Shown: one piece after another, positions 1-10,807 of the stretch
How the letters are laid out: each line of letters begins with the position of its first letter
Position numbering within the stretch: position 1 is the first letter of the stretch
NCBI GenBank assembly: GCA_964558645.1
Contig: CAZLEV010000001.1
Span: 413,568 to 477,567, forward strand
DNA length: 64,000 bases
Direction of reading: 5' to 3'
Source: an uncultured archaeon
GTDB lineage: Archaea > Asgardarchaeota > Thorarchaeia > Thorarchaeales > Thorarchaeaceae
The notes under the pieces: generated by a model
What the model saw: only the letters and a program-made list of their open reading frames with translations
Databases searched by the model: none
What the model was told of the DNA's origin: nothing
Program-made: the position numbers and the translations under genes

Positions 1-1669
1 GCGCCAGATCATAGTAGTCCATTACGTTGTTCATGATTTGGATGGTCTCGGGCTCTGCCCGGTTACTAATGGTGTCCCACGCGTCCAGGAAGTCCTGATA
101 GTAATCATACTCCATCTGATCAAGATATGTTCCCTGCACCCAGTTCTGATCAAAACTAGACGTTCCATTGTGCATTCCAAAGTATCCCATGGGAGAGGAT
201 GAGAAGTCCCCGACATAATGTCGATAGACCCACGTATGCCCCATTCCGATTGCATGCATGGTCTCGTGCATCTGTACGCCAGATACCCCCTCTCTCTTAG
301 TTGTTCCATCATCACGGTAGTATCGCTCCCAAGACTTCCAGACACAAGTCTGTCCTCCGCCACCTAGCCCGGTGAATGATCCAGTGGGAGTGTACATGGT
401 CATATTCTGTTTGATGAAGACAACTCCGAAGACGTTGATGTTCTCATCGAAGACATCTACATAGCGCCATCTCACATTTTGATAGATGTCTTCGAACAAA
501 GCATACCCATCGACCCATGTGTGCCCGTTCTCAACATGGGAGTGCTCATCGAACAGACCCATTATGTAGGGAAGATGGATGTGATCTCTGAATTGCACAG
601 TCGCAGTCCATGGTATGAACGGTAGGAGATCTGAAAGGAAATCTTCTAGCAGCTCTTCACTTGTGACCCATGTGAGGCTGTCTAGCGGGATTCCCTCCCT
701 CGTGTCCATTGCTATCACAAGCGTGGTTAGACTGCCACTGTCAACAAATGCAGTGGGCTGGTGTTGGGATGGGAAGAAGACATACCTGACGATGTCACTC
801 AGATAGTTCGCTAGATACGCGCTCAACTCCAATTGCCCTTCAGATGTTGAAAGGTCCAGTCCAGCCACAACATCCTCTAGGTCTTCGGTGCAGTGCCTTG
901 GATGTTGATCATAGGGTGCTGTTCCCCACCAGATTCGGGCCCACCTCAGATACCACTGGTCAGCAGAGGGGTCGAGGACGAACACATTGCCCTTTCCACC
1001 GAAACCTGCGTACTGCAGTTTCACATCACGATTCAGCTCGTTGTCCCACTCGAGCCGCCACCAGTCAATCTCTTCACCACTGTCAGGATCCACAGGGTTG
1101 TAGTCGTACCAATGTTCAAGCTTGTGGTCTGGTGAATCGAACTCGGAGAAGTTGAACAGATAGAGATTGTAATGCAAACCACTCGAAACTACCAGCGGGT
1201 TTTCTATGAGCCATTCCTCTATCGGGTCTGCGTCTATGGACATTCCTGCGCGGGGGTAGAAGACTCTCTGAGGTACTTCTGGATTGGCCTTCTGATACTC
1301 CAAAGCCTCCTCATCCAGACTGGTTCCTGTGGTGCTACCATTGATGTGGTTCTCGAGCATGAGGTTTCTGATTGAATCAGTGTAGTCCGAGTTGGCGTAG
1401 AAGACCTCGTATTGTATGCTGTAGATTATATCACAAATCTCCGCGACATGCTCTCTCTGTGTCGGTAACCATTCGTAGAGAGCAGTGTCGTCAATGACGT
1501 CAGAATCGTAATTCACAAGGATGATATTTACAGTCCAGTCACGCTCTATCTCTTGCATGGGTACCGGGTCTTCCGAATGGGTCGAAGACGCCGGTGCCAC
1601 AAATAACCCACCTGCTACAGCAGATGCAAGGAGAACGGCTAGTACTACCGACGCGACGACGGACCGCAT
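1..1669 (-). CDS. Secreted metzincin-type zinc metalloprotease (runs off the left edge of the window; absent from the ORF track)
   Basis: ATG at 1669 gives a signal peptide MRSVVASVVLAVLLASAVAGG. In-frame HETMHAIGMGH (HExxHxxGxxH, His codon at 268) is followed by a Met-turn-like SSPMGY. Confidence 0.8.
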   Translation of the reverse strand, partial: MRSVVASVVLAVLLASAVAGGLFVAPASSTHSEDPVPMQEIERDWTVNIILVNYDSDVIDDTALYEWLPTQREHVAEICDIIYSIQYEVFYANSDYTDSIRNLMLENHINGSTTGTSLDEEALEYQKANPEVPQRVFYPRAGMSIDADPIEEWLIENPLVVSSGLHYNLYLFNFSEFDSPDHKLEHWYDYNPVDPDSGEEIDWWRLEWDNELNRDVKLQYAGFGGKGNVFVLDPSADQWYLRWARIWWGTAPYDQHPRHCTEDLEDVVAGLDLSTSEGQLELSAYLANYLSDIVRYVFFPSQHQPTAFVDSGSLTTLVIAMDTREGIPLDSLTWVTSEELLEDFLSDLLPFIPWTATVQFRDHIHLPYIMGLFDEHSHVENGHTWVDGYALFEDIYQNVRWRYVDVFDENINVFGVVFIKQNMTMYTPTGSFTGLGGGGQTCVWKSWERYYRDDGTTKREGVSGVQMHETMHAIGMGHTWVYRHYVGDFSSSPMGYFGMHNGTSSFDQNWVQGTYLDQMEYDYYQDFLDAWDTISNRAEPETIQIMNNVMDYYDLA

Positions 1670-1925
1670 GTATCACTTATCTCGTTGACGAATATTAACG
1701 AAGCGGTACGGTTTTGTTAGAAGATATATGTTTCAAACCACATGCATAACTATATTAGGATATATGAATAACGCATAGTAAGCGTCGGCATTCGATCAGC
1801 GATTGACATGGACCAGTGAACACCTCTACGGCAATTCGATTTCACATCAACACCACCGAAAGCATTGACCTCGCTGACGCATCTCATCTTTTCATACCTT
1901 AACTCATTAGACAGAGAGGTTCGTT

Positions 1926-3953
1926 TCACGTGGGCTCTACCTGCTTGGGATGAGTAGAGCTGGTGCTCATAGGCAGCTCAATCACGAATCTCGTCCCCTT
2001 TGTATGGTTTCCTTTCACCCTGTCTTCAATCCAGATGCGACCTGAATACCTGTCAATGATTCGTTTGACAAGTGTAAGGCCTATCCCGTGACGCGCTCCT
2101 TTCCTGTCACCAATAGAGACCAAGATATCTTCCTTCTCCTTATCGGGTATTCCCTGCCCGGAGTCTTCCATGGCGATGCTCAGAGTTTCCGCTCCTATCG
2201 CCTTTGCTCTTACCTCTATTCTCACAGTTGCTTCAGGGTCGAAACGGATGGCATTGTGAAGCAGATTATAGAACACATCCTCGAGAAATCTGTCTGCCGT
2301 AACGATATACTCTCCCGGTCCAAAGTCGATGGCAACCTCAAGCTGTTTATTGGGGAAAGACTCGCTAGCGGTTTCGGCGGCTCTTGTGAGCATCTTATGC
2401 GGGCAAACCGGGTGAAGAGTGACCATGCCGCCCCTGAGCTGGGCCAGTCTCTTCACATTTGTGGTCAACAGGATTCCTCTCCTTGTCAGCAGGAATGCTG
2501 TGTCTACCAACTGTCTAACATCATCAGAAACGTTTCGTAGCTTCATGAGATCAAGGCTTGCTATGATGCCTTGTTGTATGTTTGCTAGATCATGCGCCAA
2601 GATATCATTGTAGAATTCAGCGGTCCTCTTGGCCATCTCGAGCTCACCCTCCGTGTTCTTTCTCCTGGTTATGTCTCTGGCAACACCTACCACTGCTGTA
2701 GGTCTCTCTTTGTCATCACGAATGAAGGTTCGGGTGACTTCTATCCATATCAGTGAACCATCATAGCGTTTTGCCTCAAGTTCCAGTGTGGGCGTTTCAT
2801 AACCATTCCGTCCAATCTCTTTATTGAGGGCCAGCATCTTTCGTATTTCTTTGGCAATGATGTCTGTTGATTCTGGTGTCATGAACGTAGATATTGGGCT
2901 ATTCAGTACCTCTTCTGGTCTGTAGCCGAATACCTCTTGGACGGACGGACTGACATATTCGAGCTTCATGTCAAGACTGATAACCCATATCACATCCTTG
3001 ATGTTGTCTGCAAGTAGCCTGTATCGTTTCTCGCTCTCCTGAAGCGCATGTAGGTTTCGTCTGTGCTCGGTAGTATCAATGAACGTTCCGAGCACTGCAG
3101 GGCCTCCTTCATAATGAATTCGTGTCGCAGCTAATTCCCACCACCGGATTTCTCCGCTTCTTGTTATGACTCTCACAGCTGATCTACTTGGGCCGATTTC
3201 TCCTCTAAGGTGCTGCTCGAATCGTGAGAAATACCATTCTCTGTCATCAGGATGAACGGTATCTTCAATGCCTTCACCCCTCAGTGACAATAACTCATCT
3301 CTCGAGTAACCAATCATGGAGCAGAGCGCCGAGTTGGCATAGACGAACCTCAGAGGGTTTCCCTTTGCAATGGCAATCCCTTGAATAGAGTTCTCGACTA
3401 GCATTCGGAATTTCTCTTCGCTCTTCGTTAATGCTTCGAGATTCTGTTGATGCTCAATGAGAGCTCCGAACGCTTGCGCTATGGACTCGAATAGCCTCTT
3501 ACCTTCTGTTGCTAGCGGTTTCTTGCTATGGCTAGCAAGATTAACAACGCCCATAAGTTTGCCATTCCCCCCTTTGATGGGCCAGAAGACTAGCGTTCTT
3601 ATCTTGAGTGCTCGAATGATCTCAAGACGTGACTCAGGCAGGTCTTCTGTTGGCGCATCAAGCATGAAGACAGGTTCACCGCTACGCGCGACAGAGGCTG
3701 CAAGATTTTCTGGATCACCAAGCGGCAGTTCGGGTATGAGTCTGTCTTCCGGCACACCTCTGGCGGCAACTAGTCTGAGTACGTTGTTCTCATGGTCTAT
3801 CATTTGCAGGGTTCCGATATCCAGGTCCAAGGTGTTCAGAAGCTCTGCAAGCATTCTTGAGTAGACATCTGGAGTTAACTCATTCTGAAGTACGAATTCT
3901 GTGATGAGTTTGAGTGCGTCTACTTCCTGCTGCAATTTGGTTTCTTCTTCCAC
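1926..3953 (-). CDS. GAF-PAS-PAS sensor histidine kinase
   Basis: N-terminal GAF-like region, two PAS/PAC repeats, H-box LAHDLAN, N-box NLLHNAIRF, G1 EDSGQGI, G2 GIGLTLV. Confidence 0.9.
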   Translation of the reverse strand: MEEETKLQQEVDALKLITEFVLQNELTPDVYSRMLAELLNTLDLDIGTLQMIDHENNVLRLVAARGVPEDRLIPELPLGDPENLAASVARSGEPVFMLDAPTEDLPESRLEIIRALKIRTLVFWPIKGGNGKLMGVVNLASHSKKPLATEGKRLFESIAQAFGALIEHQQNLEALTKSEEKFRMLVENSIQGIAIAKGNPLRFVYANSALCSMIGYSRDELLSLRGEGIEDTVHPDDREWYFSRFEQHLRGEIGPSRSAVRVITRSGEIRWWELAATRIHYEGGPAVLGTFIDTTEHRRNLHALQESEKRYRLLADNIKDVIWVISLDMKLEYVSPSVQEVFGYRPEEVLNSPISTFMTPESTDIIAKEIRKMLALNKEIGRNGYETPTLELEAKRYDGSLIWIEVTRTFIRDDKERPTAVVGVARDITRRKNTEGELEMAKRTAEFYNDILAHDLANIQQGIIASLDLMKLRNVSDDVRQLVDTAFLLTRRGILLTTNVKRLAQLRGGMVTLHPVCPHKMLTRAAETASESFPNKQLEVAIDFGPGEYIVTADRFLEDVFYNLLHNAIRFDPEATVRIEVRAKAIGAETLSIAMEDSGQGIPDKEKEDILVSIGDRKGARHGIGLTLVKRIIDRYSGRIWIEDRVKGNHTKGTRFVIELPMSTSSTHPKQVEPT

Positions 3954-4155
3954 GTCTGGATGCCGCTCCCTCTTGTTTTGGTATCTCTGAGTCTATTTAG
4001 CACCTTTCTTGTTATTGTCGTAATTATGTCTATGGTTTTCTAACCAGGAATGCTGGGCGAACAACTGACGAGTCAAACATCGCTCGCTGAACAAGCAGCA
4101 GACACACCTAAACGTTCAATGTCTTCTTCCATGCAGGTCATTTGTTGATTAAAAT

Positions 4156-4542
4156 CTAAACGCGCCGTTTCACGGTGGGCATAGTGGCGCCACAATAGGG
4201 GCATTTGACTGTCAACGGCCCGACCCACTCTACATTCTCGAGACTGATACTTGCACCACAGCTCCTGCAGAAGCTCGGTGGTTCATGAATGTACGATGAG
4301 GCATCGGGTCCATTCTGCCCACGTAATGAGCCAAGGAATCCAGTGTGGCCACCATCCATTGATTTGACGATGAGCGGAACTCCTATGATTATCCCAATAA
4401 TGGGCACAAAGAATATCCAGAAGAGAATCGTACCAATTCCTGTATTCCCCGCTTGGAGTCCTATAATCATCATGATGAAGCCGCCTACGAAAAATATCAT
4501 GATAATTCCGATACCGGCCCAGAGTTTAGTAATGTCCGCCAT
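4156..4542 (-). CDS. Small two-TM membrane protein with C-terminal zinc ribbon
   Basis: Two hydrophobic segments, then CRSCG...CPYCG. Confidence 0.75.
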   Translation of the reverse strand: MADITKLWAGIGIIMIFFVGGFIMMIIGLQAGNTGIGTILFWIFFVPIIGIIIGVPLIVKSMDGGHTGFLGSLRGQNGPDASSYIHEPPSFCRSCGASISLENVEWVGPLTVKCPYCGATMPTVKRRV

Positions 4543-4841
4543 CTCTCTCAACTCTTGTGAGCCAACTAGGGCAAAAAACCCTTGCTCTCATAGACTCTTT
4601 CATGTTCTTCTGGAAGCGAGATGTGATGGTCTTGACATCTCTGGGTGTTTGTGTCTTCAGGCTCACAAGTGTCTTTATAGCCTCCGTAGTTGCACTAGTT
4701 GTGGGTTGAGGTCGTGGACTAGAAGGTACAGCAATAGCGCATTATGGTGCTGCTCACGCCTGCGGTAATAATGTCTTATTGTGGGCCTTACATCCTAAGG
4801 ACAGGAGAGAACGAACTGGACGAAACGAAGGGACGAATCTG

Positions 4842-7037
4842 ATGAACAACTCAGAAAGACGATTCAGTGGTTTTTCAATAAGGTTATTCCAGGTCCTCAT
4901 TCCTGTCATTGTGCTAAACGGGTCGTTGAGTGCCTTGGGGACAGGGTATGCCGTGACCCAAGGAGACAGCGCTGCATTCGAAGGCCCCTTTACAGATGAG
5001 CTGATTTTCAATGTTATCGAGCAGTTCGAAGACGAAGCCCTTGCCCTGCAGAATGGTGATATCGATCTCATTGGTGGCGACATCGATTTGGCCTTTGTAG
5101 CGACTCTTGATGCGGCTGAGGGCATCAATGTCACCAGCAGACTGAGAAACGGATACGGATACCTAACCATCAATACTGCGAAGTATCCATTCAATATCAC
5201 TGCCTTCAGACGGGCTGCGGCATTTGCCTTGGACAAAGAAGCAATATCTAACGAGATCTGGAACGGACAAGCTGTGCCCCTCGACTCCTGCATTCCGGAG
5301 GTGAACCCCTTCTCGATAGAGGGCCAACTGCCGTATTCGTACTACGAGAACGATAGTGCCTACGGCAACTACCTATTGGATTCGGCCGGCTTCTACGATG
5401 TAGATGACGATGGATTTCGCGAGGCCCCTGATGGCTCTGACTTTCACGTTCTCATCCAGTGTGCGGCCTCAAGTCTCATTGGACAACAGATATGCAACGA
5501 GTGCGTTGACGCTCTCAAATCTCTCAAGACAAACGCTACCGCGTCATTTTCTGGATATGATTTAGGGGCCATACTCTACTTCCACGGGGACTACGATATG
5601 ATCTTCCTGGGATCCTCCTTTAGGAACTTCGATGTAGACTGGCTTGCCTACGAGTTCTGGTCTGAATACCGATATGAATCCTACTGGAACTTCGCCAACT
5701 TTGCCAATGAGAGTTTCGATGCTCTGCGCAATCAACTGCTATACTCAACTGACCACCAGGAGGTATATGAGGCAGCCATAGAGATGCAGGAAATACTCGT
5801 CTATGAGTCACCTCTTCTGATTTGCTATCAGAATCAGATGTATTCCGCCTATCGGACAGACAGGTACGAGGGTCATGTCACAGCAGTCCAGTCTGGTGCT
5901 GCATGCTGGTGGACGAAGTATCAGGTCCGGTTGAAAGAATCGCAGGGCGGACCTGTAGGCGGGACGTTCAGGGTCAGCAATAGACTTGACATTGACACCT
6001 TCAACTTCATGGTCACATCGTCTAGGTGCACTTGGAACGTTCTTGAGATGGTCTACGACTCTCTCTTTCGTCAACGACCTGACGGTTCTCTCATGCCTTG
6101 GATGGTGAACGACTACTCGATTGACAGTGTTCAGCCCAATATGACGCGAATAGTAATCGACCTTCATGAAGACCTGCGCTGGAGCGACGGGAGTCCTCTT
6201 ACTGCTGAGGATGCTGCGAGGACGTTCCAGTTCTACCGTGATGCTCCCTCTCATCCTTACGGCAGCGGATTGAGAAATCTAAGTCGAGTCATGTATAGTG
6301 ACAGCCATCGTTTCACTCTCGAATTCAACTCGAGCTCTTACTGGCATTTCACGAAAATTGCGGAGATGCCACTGCTCCCAAAGAGAGTCCTAGACGCTCT
6401 TGGCGAGAAGAACTGGAGCACCTGGAACCCAATGCCTGAAGATGGTATGCTCACATCGGGCCCTTTCGTCGTTTATGAGTACGTTGTCGGCGAATCCGTT
6501 CGTTTGGTGCCCAATCCTCACTACTTCAGAGCACCCCTAACACAGAGAGAAATCCCCGTTTCTAGTTCGTCCTCAACGATTGAGATTGAGCATGGGATGC
6601 TTGGTGGTAGGATTCAGTGGAATATCAACAGAGCTGGAACCTACACATACTGGATATACCATAATGGATCGATGGTGGACGAGGGGTCAACATCTATGGA
6701 TCATATTCGGACGAGCCTTGACGGGCTCGAGCCAGGTCAGCATAACTTCACTCTTCGGTTGATGGACGAGAGGTTGGGCATCATGGCTATAGATACGGTC
6801 TGGGTGCAGGTCCATTCGGCGGCCCCAGGGCAATACCCCATGGTTTGGCCACTCCACCCGCTCAGCATGATCATCACCATTCTTGCTGTTTCTGTGATAG
6901 TCTACTTCACACCTCGGCTTTTTACAGAGCGGACGACATCGAGAATGACGCCTCCGCTGTGGTACAAGCTTACCTTCCACACCGCGGGTGTGAGATTCAC
7001 TATAACTACTCTCCGACGGCCTAATGACACCTGCTGA
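4842..7037 (+). CDS. ABC peptide-binding protein (family 5, OppA/DppA-like), circularly permuted, with C-terminal membrane anchor
   Basis: Motifs YLTINTAKYPF, RRAAAFALDKE, LRWSDGSPLTAED and TSGPF..PNPHYF; signal peptide; C-terminal TM helix. Confidence 0.85.
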   Translation: MNNSERRFSGFSIRLFQVLIPVIVLNGSLSALGTGYAVTQGDSAAFEGPFTDELIFNVIEQFEDEALALQNGDIDLIGGDIDLAFVATLDAAEGINVTSRLRNGYGYLTINTAKYPFNITAFRRAAAFALDKEAISNEIWNGQAVPLDSCIPEVNPFSIEGQLPYSYYENDSAYGNYLLDSAGFYDVDDDGFREAPDGSDFHVLIQCAASSLIGQQICNECVDALKSLKTNATASFSGYDLGAILYFHGDYDMIFLGSSFRNFDVDWLAYEFWSEYRYESYWNFANFANESFDALRNQLLYSTDHQEVYEAAIEMQEILVYESPLLICYQNQMYSAYRTDRYEGHVTAVQSGAACWWTKYQVRLKESQGGPVGGTFRVSNRLDIDTFNFMVTSSRCTWNVLEMVYDSLFRQRPDGSLMPWMVNDYSIDSVQPNMTRIVIDLHEDLRWSDGSPLTAEDAARTFQFYRDAPSHPYGSGLRNLSRVMYSDSHRFTLEFNSSSYWHFTKIAEMPLLPKRVLDALGEKNWSTWNPMPEDGMLTSGPFVVYEYVVGESVRLVPNPHYFRAPLTQREIPVSSSSSTIEIEHGMLGGRIQWNINRAGTYTYWIYHNGSMVDEGSTSMDHIRTSLDGLEPGQHNFTLRLMDERLGIMAIDTVWVQVHSAAPGQYPMVWPLHPLSMIITILAVSVIVYFTPRLFTERTTSRMTPPLWYKLTFHTAGVRFTITTLRRPNDTC

Positions 7038-7171
7038 GCTATGAAGGTTTCAAGCCTAGGGACTGATGCGTTGCAATTCGTGCTGACTTACCATGAAGGC
7101 TGTTAGGTTCTTCCCAATATGGCTGCAGAAAAAGCTTCAGAAAGAAGGCATATAAATCAAAAAGGAATCTC

Positions 7172-7423
7172 ATGCTCTTGGTGAGTTTAGTGACCGATGA
7201 GGGTTCTTCCACTCTCGATGAGACTGCTGTTAGACAAATCGTGGATAGGGCTCTCGCAAAGCGTGCCAAGGAATGTAGTTGCTGTGGGCTCTATTTTCTC
7301 TTCGTGTATCATCTGACCATATTTGCATTCTGGCGCTTCTTTAGCAGCAACTTGGGACTCCTGATCGGATTCCAAATCCTCATCGGAGCACTTGCTGTGA
7401 TAAGTATCTGGAAGCTCAGTTAG
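7172..7423 (+). CDS. Small hypothetical membrane protein
   Basis: 83-aa ORF with a Cys cluster and two hydrophobic segments, filling an intergenic gap. Confidence 0.45.
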   Translation: MLLVSLVTDEGSSTLDETAVRQIVDRALAKRAKECSCCGLYFLFVYHLTIFAFWRFFSSNLGLLIGFQILIGALAVISIWKLS

Positions 7424-7555
7424 CCAGAGAAGATGCGCCAGTCGTGGTTTAGTGCGATTCACAGAAGTCATGTATCGTCTTCTAGTGGCACGTTGCCCAA
7501 GGAATCTCCACGTGTAGCATCATATCGAAACACCTCCTGTGTCTACACAACCTGC

Positions 7556-8332
7556 CTACCTCAGGATGAGCCGCAGCGGATCGACTCTCTCTCGTAGCGT
7601 CTTCAACTCCTCTTTTGTTGGTGGAGGCTCCACCTGAGACTTAGAGGTGTCAAGTTCAAAACCTGTGCAAGCCTGTATTTCGTTCGGATTGGTGTAATCG
7701 AAATGGTTTTGCACATACATTCTCTTCGTGGTGCTCTCAAATGCCATAACTCCCAGGGTTGTGATCACGGCCTCGGGACCCCCTTGAGAAAGGCCCGCAA
7801 GTCTTCTGGAGTCATATCCATCAAGCCAGCCAGGGCTTGTCAGATAGTCGAGCTCTTCCACAAATCGCCTTGGCTCGTGTTTCATGAAGATCATTGTTCT
7901 ACCCACAAAACATGCCACATCGCATGCGCCACCGCTGCCGGGCAGACGGACTGTGGGCTTCTTGTAGTCGCCTATGACCGTGCTGTTCAGATTCCCATAG
8001 GGGTCTATCTGAGCTCCTGACAGAACGCCCAGAACGGTTGGACCGCTGAACCGATTCTGCATATATGCAAAGGCGTCCGCGAGACCTCCATGATGCGAGG
8101 CGTTGTGCATCACTCTTGAGTCCGCTACCGTCAATGGAATCTCAACTAGTTCTGGGTCAATGGAGCCTGTCTCGAAGAAGACGGTGCAGTTCGGGGCATG
8201 CGTACACTTCGCAGTCATCACGGCAAGCATTGGCAGTCCAGTGCCGCAGAAGACCACATCACTGTCCTGAATCCTTCTTGAACATGCAATAGCCATCATC
8301 TCGAGATGGTTGTACTTCATCTTCTCTGACAC
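7556..8332 (-). CDS. Family I CoA-transferase subunit B (glutaconate CoA-transferase B-like)
   Basis: GTGLP, FFETG (catalytic Glu position), GAQIDPYGNLNST, RLPGSGG. Confidence 0.9.
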   Translation of the reverse strand: MSEKMKYNHLEMMAIACSRRIQDSDVVFCGTGLPMLAVMTAKCTHAPNCTVFFETGSIDPELVEIPLTVADSRVMHNASHHGGLADAFAYMQNRFSGPTVLGVLSGAQIDPYGNLNSTVIGDYKKPTVRLPGSGGACDVACFVGRTMIFMKHEPRRFVEELDYLTSPGWLDGYDSRRLAGLSQGGPEAVITTLGVMAFESTTKRMYVQNHFDYTNPNEIQACTGFELDTSKSQVEPPPTKEELKTLRERVDPLRLILR

Positions 8333-9285
8333 CTCCTTGCGTATCCCAAGGTGTGGTCGGCCTCGAGACTTCTCAGTCGTTCTCTCCCTATTACATCGAG
8401 ATACTCATCAAACGACTGAAGCTCGAAGACATGCTTCGCCAGATACTCTCCATATAGACTGTCATCCTCCGCGAGTTTCCTGTATTCCAGTAGATGCTCT
8501 GCGTCGTAATCGTAGCAACCGAAGCATGCAGTAGGATGTGCACCAAATGGCTGGTGCACCACTGCATCAATCAGCGTATGAGGCAGGCTGTTCGTCCAAG
8601 GTTTCTCTCTCATCTTATCTGATGGATGAAGCTCTTCGGTTGAAACGACAACATGCTTTGACGCACGTGCCTGTTCAATGTCTGCAAATGTCAGTCCTTC
8701 AATGCTCACTGTTCCGTCTTCAGCGGCTTTCTGTACATGAAGGAGTGTCACATCGGGATTGACGGCCGGGACCAATACCAAAGGCTTCTGTTCACCGCTG
8801 AAAGGGTCCTGGTATTCAATGAGCTTCCTCTGAGGTAGGCTTTCGCGAACTGCTCTTAGCTCAGGATCAAGACCCCATTTCCTCAAGATGTCTGAACCAA
8901 GTGCTGAGGATGTTGGCAGGAATGGAACTCCCATTGCGCCGGCCATGAATCTCAGAGTCATGTGGTAGTTGGTGTAGTCCTCGACCAAGATGGACGAACG
9001 TTCCACTGCTCTTCTGAAGCGAACGCACGTGGACGCGAATCTACCATTCGCTCCATAAGCTAACTCAACAATTCCAGCAAGTCCAGCTCCTATGAGTAGA
9101 TCGAGTGCTTGTCCACCTGAGTGCATGACAATGTGCATATCAGACAAGCCCTGTCTAATCACTTCATGCACCAAGCTCATTGGGTTTCGACTGACTGTAA
9201 AGCCTCCCAGAGATATGCAGTTGCCGCGATGGACATAACGGCGTATGGCTTCTTCAGCACTCATCAATTTGCTAGACGAGTTCAT
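8317..9285 (-). CDS. Family I CoA-transferase subunit A
   Basis: GGFTVSRNPM, DLLIGAG, AGAMGVPFLP, PFGAHPT; overlaps the start of subunit B. Confidence 0.9.
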   Translation of the reverse strand: MNSSSKLMSAEEAIRRYVHRGNCISLGGFTVSRNPMSLVHEVIRQGLSDMHIVMHSGGQALDLLIGAGLAGIVELAYGANGRFASTCVRFRRAVERSSILVEDYTNYHMTLRFMAGAMGVPFLPTSSALGSDILRKWGLDPELRAVRESLPQRKLIEYQDPFSGEQKPLVLVPAVNPDVTLLHVQKAAEDGTVSIEGLTFADIEQARASKHVVVSTEELHPSDKMREKPWTNSLPHTLIDAVVHQPFGAHPTACFGCYDYDAEHLLEYRKLAEDDSLYGEYLAKHVFELQSFDEYLDVIGRERLRSLEADHTLGYARRCQRR

Positions 9286-9382
9286 TTTCATCCCTTTCAT
9301 GATAGCAGCATCCACGCTACTCGCTACGATATACGACTCTTTTTTAGATACTGATTCAAAGGTGGTTTCACCGGTGCATGAG

Positions 9383-10714
9383 ATGGTTCGAAACGATTTA
9401 CCTAACATGAAGACAGGAGTTCCTGGAGAGCAATCTTCTGAGCTGATGAAGACAGCAGAGAAATACATCCCTAAGGCAGTCTATACAGTGACTCCCCTGT
9501 TTGTTTCCAAGGCAGAGGGAAGTGTCATTGAGGATGTCGACGGTAACCGATTCATAGATTTCGCGACAGGAATAGCATCTGTGAATATGGGGCATAGACA
9601 CCCCAAGGTAATGGAGGCAGTCTCTCATCAACTGGAGGAGTATCTTCATGTGTGCTACCATGTGACTCCGTATGAACCCTACGTTCGTCTGGCGGAGAAG
9701 GTGGCAAACTTGGCTCCCGGTGAGTTCGACAAGAAGGTCGTACTGCTAAACAGCGGTGCCGAGGCAGTAGAGAATGCTATCAAGATTGCCATGAAGCACA
9801 CGGGTAGGCCGAAAGTCATTGCTTTTGAGAATGCCTTCCATGGACGCACCCGAGCTGCACTGGGACTCACAGGAAATGTCAACCCGTATAAGCACGGCTT
9901 CTTCCCACTTGAGACCGGAGTACATCGGGTTCCCTACGCATACTGTTATCGGTGTGCCTTTGGACAGATCTATCCCGATTGCGGTATGAGATGTTTACAG
10001 TACCTTCGAGAAAGGTTAGAAGTGAGCATCGCGCCGGACTCCGTGGCTGCAATTATTGTAGAACCTGTCATCGGTGAGGGTGGATTCATTGTTCCGCCCA
10101 AGGAGTTCTTGACGGGTCTTAGAGAGATATGCGATCAGCATGGGATTCTGTTTGTTGCCGATGAGATTCAGAGCGGCATGGGAAGGACGGGGCGGTTCTT
10201 CGCAGTCGAGCATTATGATGTGGTTCCAGACCTCATTACCATGGCAAAGTCTCTTGGAGGTGGACTGCCCATCTCTGCTGTTGTCGGTCGAAGCGAGATT
10301 CTCGATTCAGTTCATATCGGCGGACTGGGGGGGACATTCATCGGTAACCCTTTGAGTTGTGCTGCTGGGCTTGCTGCGGTAGATGTGATAGGGGATTGCA
10401 TGGATCACGGTAAGAAGCTCGCAGAGATCTTTGCGGCTAGAATGGATGAGTGGTATGAGCAGTATGAGATAGTGGGAGATGTACGAGGATTGGGACTCAT
10501 GCGAGCCATTGAACTGGTGAAGGACCGGGGCACAAAGGAACCTGCAAAGAATGAAACAGCTGAGATCCTGAAGAGGTGTCGGGAGGCCGGACTGATTCTA
10601 CTGAGTGCCGGACCCTACAAGAATGTCATCAGATTTCTCCCTGCCATGAATATGGAAGAGGAGCTCTTTGAGAAGGCCCTTCAGATATTTGAATCATGCA
10701 TTGGAGTGGTATAG
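9383..10714 (+). CDS. gabT: 4-aminobutyrate aminotransferase (class III PLP aminotransferase)
   Basis: NSGAEAVENAIKIA, FHGRT, EPVIGEGGF, DEIQSGMGRTG, AKSLGGG (PLP Lys). Confidence 0.85.
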   Translation: MVRNDLPNMKTGVPGEQSSELMKTAEKYIPKAVYTVTPLFVSKAEGSVIEDVDGNRFIDFATGIASVNMGHRHPKVMEAVSHQLEEYLHVCYHVTPYEPYVRLAEKVANLAPGEFDKKVVLLNSGAEAVENAIKIAMKHTGRPKVIAFENAFHGRTRAALGLTGNVNPYKHGFFPLETGVHRVPYAYCYRCAFGQIYPDCGMRCLQYLRERLEVSIAPDSVAAIIVEPVIGEGGFIVPPKEFLTGLREICDQHGILFVADEIQSGMGRTGRFFAVEHYDVVPDLITMAKSLGGGLPISAVVGRSEILDSVHIGGLGGTFIGNPLSCAAGLAAVDVIGDCMDHGKKLAEIFAARMDEWYEQYEIVGDVRGLGLMRAIELVKDRGTKEPAKNETAEILKRCREAGLILLSAGPYKNVIRFLPAMNMEEELFEKALQIFESCIGVV

Positions 10715-10779
10715 TCTGCCGATTCACCACAGCGTTTCACCTACGGATGGAGATCATCATTCCCGCTCCGTTGTGTGTT

Positions 10780-10807
10780 GAGTGAGTACGGTGATCTGTA
10801 CTCACTC
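10780..10807. terminator. Hairpin between convergent genes (possible terminator)
   Basis: GAGTGAGTAC-GGTGATCT-GTACTCACTC, a perfect 10-bp stem. Confidence 0.45.

Noticed and set aside
31-1375. Short track ORFs at 31-363, 615-806, 844-1155, 893-1135 and 1172-1375
   Set aside because: Shadow frames of the long minus-strand metalloprotease gene
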